Shown here: piece by piece, positions 1-12,600 of the stretch
Layout: every line of letters begins with the position of its first letter
How positions within the stretch are numbered: the stretch's first letter is position 1
NCBI RefSeq assembly: GCF_009914755.1
Contig: NC_060933.1
Length of the DNA: 64,000 nucleotides
Reading direction: 5' to 3' (one strand)
DNA from: the human T2T-CHM13v2.0 reference genome, Homo sapiens
Notes under the pieces: model-generated
Database searches by the model: none
Told to the model about the DNA's origin: nothing
The model's input: the letters and a program-made list of their open reading frames with translations, nothing else
Program-made: the position numbers and the translations under genes

Positions 1-48
1 TCGAGTTGAATCCATTGCATTTCATTCCATTCCATTCCATTCCATTCT

Positions 49-63
49 ATTCCGGAAGATTCC
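49..63. promoter_or_regulatory. Perfect three-unit heat shock element (aTTCcgGAAgaTTCc), first of about 40 copies
   Basis: ATTCC-GGAAG-ATTCC fits the canonical nTTCn-nGAAn-nTTCn HSF1 consensus. Other copies have the GGAAG/AGAAG pentamer at about 1707, 4532, 4587, 9590, 10200, 11028, 13251 and so on up to 63504. The motif match is certain; occupancy is not shown by the sequence. Confidence 0.65.
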
Positions 64-3000
64 ATTCCATTGCATTCCATTCCATTCCATTCCCCTGCAC
101 TCGCGTTGATTCCATTCCATTCCATTCCATTCCATTCCATTCCATTCCTTTCCGTTCCTTTCCATTCCATTCCATTCCATTCCATTCCATTCCATTCCAT
201 TCAATTCCGTTCCATTCCGTTCCATTCCATTCTATTCGGGTTAATTCCATTCCATTCCATTCCTTTCCATTCCATTACGGATGATTCCATTCCATTGCAT
301 TCCATTCCATTCCATTCCCCTGTACTCGGGTTGATTCCATTCCATTCCATTCCCATCCATGCCATTCCACTCGTGTTGATTCCATTCTTTCCATTCCATT
401 CAAGTTGAATGCATTCCATTGCATTCCATTCCATTCCATTCCCCTGCAGTCGGGTTGATTCCATTCCATTCCATTCCATTCCATTCCGTTCCGTTCCGTT
501 CCCTTCCATTCCATTCCATTCCATTCTATTCGGGTTAATTCCATTCCATTCCATTCCATTCCATTCCATTCGAGTTGATTCCATTCCATTCCATTCCATT
601 CCACTCCATTCCAGTCCTTTCCATTCCATTCCACTCGGGTTGATTCCAATGTATTCCTTTCCATTCCATTACATTCCATTGCAATCGAGTTGATTCCATT
701 GCTTTGCATTCCATTCCATTCCATTCCATTCCGGATGATTCCATTCCATTGCATTCCATTCCATTCCATTCCCCTGCACTCGGGTTGATTCCATTCCTTT
801 CCACTCCATTCCATTCCAATCCATTCCATTCCATTACAATCGAGTTGATTCCATTCCATTCCATTCCATTCCACTCCTTTCCATTCCATTCCACTCGGTT
901 TGATTCCATTCTATTAGTTTCCATTCCATTTCATTTCCTTCCATTCCACTCTGGTTGATTCCATTCCTTTCCATTCCACTCGAATACATTCCCTCCTATT
1001 CCACTCGGAACGATTCCATTCCATTCCATTCCATTCCATTCCATTCCATTCCATTTCGTTCCATTCCATTCTATTCCGTATCATTCCATTTCATTCCATT
1101 CCATTCCATTCCATTCCATTCCATTCAATTCCATTCCATTGTACTCGGGTTGATTCCATTCCATTGCATTCCATTCTATTCCATTCCATTCCATTCCGTT
1201 GCATTCCATTCCATTACATTCGGATTCATTCTATTCAACTCCCTTACTCTCCATTACATTCCATTCCATTCGGGTTGTTCCATTCCATTCCATTCCATTC
1301 CACTCCATTCCATTGCACTCGGGTTGATTCCATTCCATTCCATTCCATTCCATTCCATTCCATTCCATTCCATTCCGGATGATTCCATTCCATTGCATTC
1401 CGTTCTATTACATTCCCCTGCACTGGCGTTGATTCCATTCCATTCCATTCCATTCCATTCCATTCCATTACAATTCGTTCCATTCCATTCTATTCCGTAC
1501 CATTCCAATCCATTCCATACCATTCCATTCCATTCCATTCCATTCCATTCCGTTCCATTCCGTTCCATTCCATTCCATTCCATTCTATTTGGGTTAATTC
1601 CATTCCATTCCATTCCATTCCATTCCATTCTATTCCATTCCATTGCAATCGAGTTGAATCCATTGAATTTCATTCCATTCCATTCCATTCCATTCCATTC
1701 CATTCCGGAAGATTCCATTCCATTGCATTCCATTCCATTCCATTCCCCTGCACTCGCGTTGATTCCATTCCATTCCATTCCATTCCATTCCATTCCATTC
1801 CATTCCGTTCCGTTCCGTTCCATTCCATTCCATTTCATTCCGTTCCGTTAAGTTCCATTCCATTCCATTCCATTCTATGCGGGTTAATTCCATTCCATTC
1901 CATTCGATTGCAATCGAGTTGATTCCATTCCATTCCATTCCATTCTATTCCATTCCTTTCCATTCCATTACGGATGATTCCATTCCATTGCATTCCAATC
2001 CATTCCATTCCCCTGTACTCGGGTTCATTCCATTCCATTCCATTCCAATCCATGCCATTCTACTCGTGTTTATTCCATTCTTTCCATTCCATTCAAGTTG
2101 AATCCATTCCATTGCATTCCATTCCATTCCATTCCCCTGCAGTCGGGTTGATTCCATTCCATTCCATTCCATTCCATTCCATTCCATTCCGTTCCGTTCC
2201 GTTCCGTTCCATTCCATTCCATTCTATACGGGTTAATTCCATTCCATTCCATTCCATTCCATTCCATTCCATTCCATTCCAATCGAGTTGATTCCATTCC
2301 ATTCCATTCCATTCCATTCCATTCCACTCCATTCCAGTCCTTTCCATTCCATTCCACTCGGGTTGATTCCAATGTATTCCTTTCCATTCCATTCCATCCC
2401 ATTGCAATCGAGTTGATTCCATTGCTTTGCATTCCATTCCATTCCATTCCATTCCGGATGATTCCATTCCATTGCATTCCATTCCATTCCATTCCCCTGC
2501 ACTCAGGTTGATTCCATTCCATTCCACTCCATTCCGTTCCATTCCATTCCATTCCATTGTATTCGGGTTAATTCCATTCCATTCCATTCCATTCCATTCC
2601 ATTGCATTACAATCGAGTTGATTCCATTCCATTCCATTCCATTCCATTCCATTGCAGTCCTTTCCATTCCATTCCACTCAGGTTGATTCCATTCTATTAG
2701 TTTCCATTCCATTCCATTCCCTTCCATTCCACTCTGGTTGATTCCATTCCTTTCCATTCCACTCGAATACATTCCCTCATATTCCACTCGGAACGATTCC
2801 ATTCCATTCCATTCCATTCCATTCCATTCCATTCCATTTCGTTCCATTCCATTCTATTCCGTATCATTCCATTCCATTCCGTTCCATTCCATTCCATTCC
2901 ATTCCACTCGTGTTGATTACATTCCTTTCCATTCCATTCGGTTTGAAGGCATTCCATTCCATTCCATTCCATTCCATTCCATTGTACTCGGGTTGATTCC

Positions 3001-6000
3001 ATTCCATTGAATTCCATTCTATTCCATTCCATTCCATTCCGTTGCATTCCATTCCATTACATTTGGATTGATTCTATTCAACTCCCTTACTCTCCATTAC
3101 ATTCCATTCCATTCGGGTTGTTCCATTCCATTCCATTCCATTCCACTCCATTCCATTGCTCTCGGGTTGATTCCATTCCATTCCATTCCATTCCTTTCCA
3201 TTCCATTCCGTTCCTGATGATTCCATTCCATTGCATTCCGTTCCATTCCATTCCCCTGCACTCGCGTTGATTCCGTTCCATTCCATTCTATTCCATTCCA
3301 TTCCCTTCCTTTCCGTTCCATTCCATTCCGTTCCATTCTATTCCATTCCGTTCCGTTCCATTCCATTCCATTCCATTCTATTCGGGTTAATTCCTTTCCA
3401 TTCCATTCGATTGCAATCGAGTTGATTCCATTCCATTCCATTCCATTCCATTCCATTCCATTCCATTCCATTCCTTTCCATTCCATTACGGATGATTCCA
3501 TTCCATTGCATTCCATACCATTCCATTCCCCTATACTCGGGTTGATTCCATTCCATTCCATTCCAATCCATGCCATTCCACTCGTGTTGATTCCATTCTT
3601 TCCATTCCATTCAAGTTGAATCCATTCCATTGTATTCCATTCCATTCGATTCCATTCGATTGCACTCGGGTTGATTCCATTCCATTGCATTCCATTCCAT
3701 TCCATTCCATTCCATTCCATTCCATTCCGTTCCATTCCATTCCATTACATTCGGATTCATTCTATACAATTCCCTTACACTCCATTCCATTCCATTCCAT
3801 TCCATTCCATTCCGTTCCGTTGCATTCCATTCCATTCCATTCTATTCGGGTTAATTCCATTCCATTCCATTCGATTGCAATCGTGTTGATTCCATTCCAT
3901 TCCATTCCATTCCATTCCATTCCATTCCATTCCATTCCTTTCCATTCCATTACGAATGATTCCATTCCATTGCATTCCATTCCATTCCATTCCCCTGTAC
4001 ACGGGTTGATTCCATTCCATTGCATTCCAATCCATGCCCTTCCACTCGTGTTGATTCCATTCTTTCCATTCCATTCAAGTTGAATCCATTCCATTGCATT
4101 CCATTCCATTCGATTCCATTCGATTGCACTCAGGTTGATTCCATTCCATTGCATTCCATTCCATTCCATTCCATTCCATTCCATTCCATTCCGTTCCATT
4201 CCATTCCATTACATTCGGATTGATTCTATTAAATTCCCTTACACTTCATTGCATTCCATTCCATTCGGGTAGTTTCCATTCCATTCCATTCCATTCCTCT
4301 CCATTCCATTGCACTCGGGTTGATTCGATTCCATTGCATCCCATTCCATTCCATTCAATTCCATTCCGTTCCATTCCATTCCATTACATTCGCATTGATT
4401 CTATTCAACTCCCTTAGTCTCCATTACATTCCATTCCATTCGGGTTGTTCCATTCCATTCCATTCCATTCCACTCCATTCCATTGCACTCGGGTTTATTC
4501 CATTCCATTCCATTCCATTCCATTCCATTCCGGAAGATTCCATTCCATTGCATTCCATTCCATTCCATTCCATTCCATTCCATTCCGGAAGATTCCATTC
4601 CATTGCATTCCATTCCATTCCATTCCCCTGCACTCGCGTTGATTCCATTCCATTCCATTCCATTCCATTCCATTCCATTCCATTCCATTCCATTCCATTC
4701 CTTTCCGTTCCATACCATTCCATTCCATTCCATTCCATTCCATTCCATTCCGTTCCGTTCCGTTCCATTCCATTCCATTCCATTCTATTCGGGTTAATTC
4801 CATTCCATTCCATTCGATTGCAATCGAGTTGATTCCATTCCATTCCATTCCATTCCATTCCATTCCATTCCATTCCATTCCTTTCCATTCCATTACGGAT
4901 GATTCCATTCCATTGCATTCCATTCCATTCCATTCCCCTGTACTCGGGTTGATTCCATTCCATTCCATTCCAATCCATGCCATTCCACTCGTGTTGATTC
5001 CGTTCTTTCCATTCCATTCAAGTTGAATCCATTCTATTGCATTCCATTCCATTCCATTCCCCTGCAGTCGGGTTGATTCCATTCCATTCCATTCCATTCC
5101 ATTACATTCCATTCCATTCCATTCCAATCAAGTTGATTCCATTCCATTCCATTCCATTCCATTCCATTCCATTCCACTCCATTCCAGTCCTTTCCATTCC
5201 ATTCCACTCGGGTTGATTCCAATGTATTCCTTTCCATTCCATTCCATTCCATTGCAATCGAGTTGATTCCATTGCTTTGCATTCCATTCCATTCCATTCC
5301 ATTCCGGATGATTCCATTCCATTGCATTCCATTCCATTCCATTCCCCTGCACTCGGGTTGATTCCATTCCTTTCCACTCCATTCCATTCCATTCCATTCC
5401 ATTCCATTGTATTCGGGTTAATTCCATTCCATTCCATTCCATTCCATTCCATTCCATTACAATCGAGTTGATTCCATTCCATTCCATTCCATTCCAGTCC
5501 GTTCCATTCCATTCCACTCGGGTTGATTCCATTCTATTAGTTTCCATTCCATTCCATTCCCTTCCATTCCACTCTGGTTGATTCCATTCCTTTCCATTCC
5601 ACTCGAATACTTTCCCTCCTATTCCACTCGGAACGATTCCATTCCATTCCATTCCATTCCATTCCATTCCATTCCATTCCATTCCATTCTATTCCATTTC
5701 GTTCCATTCCATTCTATTCCGTATCATTCCATTCCATTCCATTCCATTCCATTCCATTCCATTCCATTCCATTGTAGTCGGGTTGATTCCATTCCATTGC
5801 ACTCTATTCCATTCCATTCCATTCCATTCCTTTGCATTCCATTCCGTTCCGTTCCGTTCCATTCCATTCCATTCCATTCTATTCGGGTTAATTCCATTCC
5901 ATTCCATTCGACTGCAATCTTGTTGATTCCATTCCATTAAATTCCATTCCATTCCATTCCATTCCATTCCATTCCATTCCTTTCCATTCCATTACGGATG

Positions 6001-7070
6001 ATTCCATTCCATTGCATTCCATTCCATTCCATTCCCCAGTACTCGGGTTGATTCCATTCCATTGCATTCCAATCCATGCCCTTCCACTCGTGTTGATTCC
6101 ATTCTTTCCATTCCATTCAAGTTGAATCCATTCCATTGCATTCCATTCCATTCGATTCCATTCGATTGCACTCGGGTCGATTCCATTCCATTGCATCCCA
6201 TTCCATTCCATTCAATTCCATTCCCTTCCTTTCCATTCCATTACATTCGGATTGATTCTATTCAACTCCCTTAGTCTCCATTACATTCCATTCCTTTCGG
6301 GTTGTTCCATTCCATTCCATTCCATTCCACTGCATTCCATTGCACTCGGGTTGATTCCATTCCATTCCATTCCATTCCATTCCATTCCATTCCATTCCAA
6401 TCAAGTTGATTCCATTCCATTCCATTCAATTGCATTCCATTCCATTCCACTCCATTCCAGTCCTTTCCATTCCATTCCACTCGGGTTGATTCCAATGTAT
6501 TCCGTTCCATTCCATTCCATTCCATTGCAATCGTGTTGATTCCATTGCTTTGCATTCCATTCCATTCCATTCCATTCCGGATGATTCCATTCCATTGCAT
6601 TCCATTCCATTCCATTCCCCTGCACTCGGGTTGATTCCATTCCGTTCCACTCCATTCCATTCCATTCCATTCCATTCCATTCCATTGTATTCGGGTTAAT
6701 TCCATTCCATTCCATTCCATTCCATTCCATTCCATTACAATCGAGTTCATTCCATTCCATTCCATTCCATTCCAGTCCTTTCCATTCCATTCCACTCGGG
6801 TTCATTCCATTCTATTAGTTTCCATTCCATTAGATTGCCTTCCATTCCACTCTGGTTGATTCCATTCCTTTCCATTCCACTCGAATACATTCCCTCCTAT
6901 TCCACTCGGAACGATTCCATTCCATTCCATTCCATTCCATTCCCTTCCATTCCATTTCGTTCCATTCCATTCTGTTCCGTATCATTCCATTCCATTCCAT
7001 TCCATTCCATTCCATTCCATTCCATTGAATTCCATTGTACTCGGTTTGGTTCCATTCCATTGCATTCCAT

Positions 7071-7230
7071 TCCATTCCATTCCCCTGTACTCGGGTTGAT
7101 TCCATTCCATTCCATTCCAATCCGTGCCATTCCACTCGTGTTGATTCCATTCTTTCCATTCCATTCAAGTTGAATCCATTCCATTGCATTGCATTCCATT
7201 CGATTCCATTCGATTGCACTCGGGTTGATT
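7071..7230 (+). repeat. Representative ~160 bp pHuR98-like satellite III module (recurs throughout the window)
   Basis: Runs TCCATTCCATTCCCCTGTACTCGG ... AATCCGTGCC ... CTCGTGTTGATTCCATTCTTTCC ... CAAGTTGAATCC ... CGATTGCACTCGGGTTGATT. The ends match, from memory, the Hur98 SatIII RT-PCR primer sites, and the length is close to the ~158 bp pHuR98 clone. The module is seen directly; its identification as pHuR98 is recalled, not searched. Confidence 0.6.
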
Positions 7231-8460
7231 CCATTCCATTCCATTCCATTCCATTCCATTCCATTCCATTCCATTCCATTCGGATTGATTCTACTCAATT
7301 CCCTTACACTCCATTACATTCCATTCCATTCGGGTAGTTTCCATTCCATTCCATTCCATTCCTATCCCTTCCATTGCACTCGGGTTGATTCCATTCCATT
7401 GCATTCCATTCCATTCCATTCAATTCCATTCCGTTCCATTCCATTCCATTACATTCGGAATGATTCTATTCAACTCCCTTACTCTCCATTACATTCCATT
7501 CCATTCGGGTTGTTCCATTCCATTCCATTCCATTCCACTCCATTCTATTACACTCGGGTTGATTCCATTCCATTCCATTCCATTCCATTCCGGTAGATTC
7601 CATTCCATTGCATTCCATTACATTAAATTCCCCTGCACTCGCGTTGATTCCATTCCATTCCATTCCATTCCATTCCATTCCATTCCATTCCATTCCTTTC
7701 CGTTCCATTCCATTCCATTCCATTCCATTCCATTCCATTCCATTCCGTTCCGTTCCGTTCCATTCCATTCCATTCCATTCCATTCCTTTATAATCCATTA
7801 CGGATGATTCCATTCCATTGCATTCCATTCCATTCCATTCCCCTGTACTCGGGTTTATTCCATTCCATTCCATTCCAATCCATGCCATTCCACTCGTGTT
7901 GATTCCATTCTTTCCATTCCATTCAAGTTGAATCCATTCCATTGCATTCCATTCCATTCCATTCCCCTGCAGTCGGGTTGATTCCATTCCATTCCATTCC
8001 ATTCCATTCCATTCCATTCCATTCCATTCCGTTCCGTTCCATTTAATTCCATTCCATTCTATTCGGGTTAATTCCATTCCATTCCATTCCATTCCATTCC
8101 ATTCCATTCCAATCGAGTTGATTCCATTCCATTCCATTCCATTCCATTCCACTCCATTCCCGTCCTTTCCATTCCATTCCACTCGGGTTGATTCCAATGT
8201 ATTCCTTTCCAGTCCATTCCATTCCATTGCAATCGAGTTGATTCCATTGCTTTGCATTCCATTCCATTGCATTCCATTCCGGATGATTCCATTCCATTGC
8301 ATTCCATTCCATTCCATTCCCCTGCACTCGGGTTGATTCCATTCCATTCCACTCCATTCCGTTCCATTCCATTCCATTCCATTGTATTTGGGTTAATTCC
8401 ATTCCATTCCATTCCATTCCATTCCATTCCATTCCATTCCATTACAATCGAGTTCATTCC

Positions 8461-8820
8461 ATTCCATTCCATTCCATTCCATTCCATTCCAGTCCTTTCC
8501 ATTCCATTCCACTCAGGTTGATTCCATTCTATTAGTTTCCATTCCATTCCATTCCCTTCCATTCCACTCTGGTTGATTCCATTCCTTTCCAATCCACTCG
8601 AATACATTCCCTCCTATTCCACTCGGAACGATTCCATTCCATTCCATTCCATTCCATTCCATTCCATTCCAGTCCTTTCCATTCCATTCCACTCAGGTTG
8701 ATTCCATTCTATTAGTTTCCATTCCATTCCATTCCCTTCCATTCCACTCTGGTTGATTCCATTCCTTTCCAATCCACTCGAATACATTCCCTCCTATTCT
8801 ACTCGGAAAGATTCCATTCC
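8461..8820 (+). repeat. Local 180 bp tandem duplication
   Basis: The block AGTCCTTTCC...ACTCAGGTTG...CTATTAGTTTCC...AATCCACTCGAATACATTCCCTCCTATT starts at 8491 and again at 8671. Both copies share the variants ACTCAGG and AATCCACTCG. Confidence 0.93.
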
Positions 8821-9627
8821 ATTCCATTCCATTCCATTCCATTCCATTCCATTTCTTTCCATTCCATTGTATTCCATACCATTCCATTCCATTCCATTCC
8901 ATTCCATTCCATTCCATTCCAGTCGTGTTGATTCCATTCCTTTCCATTCCATTCGGTTTGAAGCCATTCCATTCCATTCCATTCCATTCCATTCCTCTCC
9001 ATTCCATTGCACTCGGGTTGATTCCATTCCATTCCATTCCATTCCATTCCATTACATTCCATTCCATTCCGTTCCATTGTACTCGGGTTGATTCCATTCC
9101 ATTGCATTCCATTCCATTCCATTCCATTCCATTCCTTTCCATTCCATTCCATTACATTCGGATTGATTCTATTCAACTCCCTTACTCTCCATTACATTCC
9201 ATTCCATTCGGGATGTTCCATTCCATTCCATTCCATTCCACTCCATTCCATTGCACTCGGGTTGATTCCATTCCATTCCATTCCATTCCATTCCTTTCCA
9301 TTCCGGATGATTCCATTCCATTACATTCCGTTCCATTATATTCCCCTGCACTCGCGTTGATTCCATTCCATTCCATTCCATTCCACACCATTCCATTCCA
9401 CTCCATTCCATTCCATTCCATTCCATTCCATTCCATTCCGTTCCGTTCCATTCCGTTCCGTTCCATTCCGTTCCATTCCATTCCATTCTATTCAGGTTAA
9501 TTCCATTCCATTCCATTCCATTCCATTCTATTCCATTCCATTGCAATCGAGTTGAATCCATTGCATTCCATTCCATTCCATTCCATTCCGGAAGTTTCCA
9601 TTCCATTGCATTCCATTACATTCCATT

Positions 9628-12600
9628 CCCCTGCACTCGCGTTGATTCCATTCCATTGCATTCCATTCCATTCCATTCCATTCCGTTCCGTTCCGTTCCA
9701 TTCCATTCCTTTGCATTCCATTCCATTCCGCTCCGTTCCATTCCATTCCATTCCCTTCTATTTGGGTTAATTCCATTCCATTCCTTTCGATTGCAATCGA
9801 GTTGATTCCATTCCATTCCATTCCATTCCATTCCATTCCTTTCCATTCCATTCCTTTCCATTCCATTACGGATGATTCCATTCCATTGCATTCCATTCCA
9901 TTACATTCCTCTGCACTCGCGTTGATTCCATTCCATTCCATTCCATTCCATTCAATTCCATTCTATTAAAATTCGTTCCATTCCATTCTATTCCGTACCA
10001 TTCCATTCCATTCCATACCATTCCATTCCATTCCATTCCATTCCATTCCATTCCATTCCGTTCCATTCCGTTCCATTCCATTCCATTCCATTCGGGTTAA
10101 TTCCATTCCATTCCATTCCATTCCATTCTATTCCATTCCATTGCAATCGAGTTGAATCCATTGCATTTCATTCCATTCCATTCCATTCCATTCCATTCCG
10201 GAAGATTCCATTCCATTGCATTCCATTCCATTCCATTCCCCTGCACTCGCGTTGATTCCATTCCATTCCATTCCATTCCATTCCATTCCATTCCGTTCCG
10301 TTCCATTCCATTCCATTCCATTCCATTCCGTTCCGTTCCATTCCATTCCATTCCATTCTATTCGGGTTAATTCCATTCCATTCCATTCGATTGCAGTCGT
10401 GTTGATTCCATTCCATTCCATTCCATTCCATTCCATTCCTTTCCATTCCATTACGGATGATTCCATTCCATTGCATTCCATTCCATTCCATTCCCCTGTA
10501 CTCGGGTTGATTCCATTCCATTGCATTCCAATCCATGCCCTTCCACTCGTGTTGATTCCATTCTTTCCATTCCATTCAAGTTGAATCCATTCCATTGCAA
10601 TCCATTCCATTCGATTCCATTCGATTGCACTCGGGTTGATTCCATTCCATTGCATTCCATTCCATTCCATTCCATTCCATTCCATTCCGTTCCATTCCAT
10701 TCCATTACATTCGGATTGATTCTATTCAATTCCCTTACACTCCATTACATTCCATTCCATTTGGGTAGTTTCCATTCCATTCCATTCCATTCCTCTCCAT
10801 TCCATTGCACTCGGGTTGATTCCATTCCATTGCATTCCATGCCATTCCATTCAATTCCATTCCGTTCCATTCCACTCCATTACATTCGGATTGATTCTAT
10901 TCAACTCCCTTACTCTCCATTACATTCCATTCCATTCGGGCTGTTCCATTCCATTCCACTCCATTCCATTGCCCTCGGGTTTATTCCATTCCATTCCATT
11001 CCATTCCATTTCATTCCGTTCCATTCCGGAAGATTCCATTCCATTGCATTCCATTCCATTCCATTCCCCTGCACTCGCGTTGATTCCATTCCATTCCATT
11101 CCATTCCATTCCATTCCTTTCCGTTCCATTCCATTCCATTCCATTCCATTCCATTCCATTCCGTTCCATTCCGTTCCATTCCATTCCATTCCATTCTATT
11201 CGGGTTAATTCCATTCCATTCCACTCGATTGCAATCGAGTTGATTCCATTCCATTCCATTCCATTCCATTGCATTCCATTCCTTTCCATTCCATTCCTTT
11301 CCATTCCATTACGGATGATTCTATTCCATTGCATTCCATTCCATTCCATTCCCCTGTACTCGGGTTCATTCCATTCCATTCCATTCCAATCCATGCCATT
11401 CCACTCGTGTTGATTCCATTCTTTCCATTCCATTCAAGTTGAATCCATTCCATTGCATTCCATTCCATTCCATTCCCCTGCAGTCGGGTTGATTCCTTTC
11501 CATTCCATTCCATTCCATTCCATTCCGTTACGTTCCGTTCCATTCCATTCCATTCCATTCTATTCGGGTTAATTCCATTCCATTCCATTCCATTCCATTC
11601 CATTCCAATCGAGTTGATTCCATTCCATTCTATTCCATTCCATTCCACTCCATTCCAGTCCTTTCCATTCCATTCCACTCGGGTTGATTCCAATGTATTC
11701 CTTTCCATTCCATTCCATTCCATTGCAATCGAGTTGATTCCATTGCTTTGAATTCCATTTCATTCCATTCCATTCCGGATGATTCCATTCCATTGCATTC
11801 CATTCCATTCCATTCCCCTGCACTCGGGTTGATTCCATTCCATTCCACTCCATTCCGTTCCATTCCATTCCATTCCATTGTATTCGAGTTAATTCCATTA
11901 CATTCCATTCCATTCCATTCCATTCCATTCCATTCCATTACAATCGAGTTGATTCCATTCCATTCCATTCCATTCCATTCCATTCCATTCCATTCCAGTC
12001 CTTTCCATTCCATTCCACTCGGGTTGATTCCATTCTATTAGTTTCCATTCCATTCCATTCCCTTCCATTCCACTCTGGTTGATTCCATTCCTTTCCATTC
12101 CACTCGAATACATTCCCTCCTATTCCACTCGGAACGATTCCATTCCATTCCATTCCATTCCATTCCATTCCATTCCATTCCATTTCGTTCCATTCCATTC
12201 TATTCCGTATCATTCCATTCCATTCCATTTCATTCCATTCCATTCCATTCCATTCCACTCGTGTTGATTCCATTCCTTTCCATTCCATTCGGTTTGAAGG
12301 CATTCCATTCCATTCCATTCCATTCCATTCCATTCCATTCCATTCCATTGTACTCGGGTTGAATGCATTCCATTGCATTCCATTCCATTCCATTCCATTC
12401 CATTCCATTGTACTCGGGTTGATTGCATTCCATTGCATTCCATTGCATTCCATTCCATTCCATTCCGTTGCATTCCATTCCATTACATTCGGATTGATTC
12501 TATTCAACTCCCTTACTCTCCATTACGTTCCATTCCATTCGGGTTGTTCCATTCCATTCCATTCCATTCCACTCCATTCCATTGCACTCGGGTTGATTCC

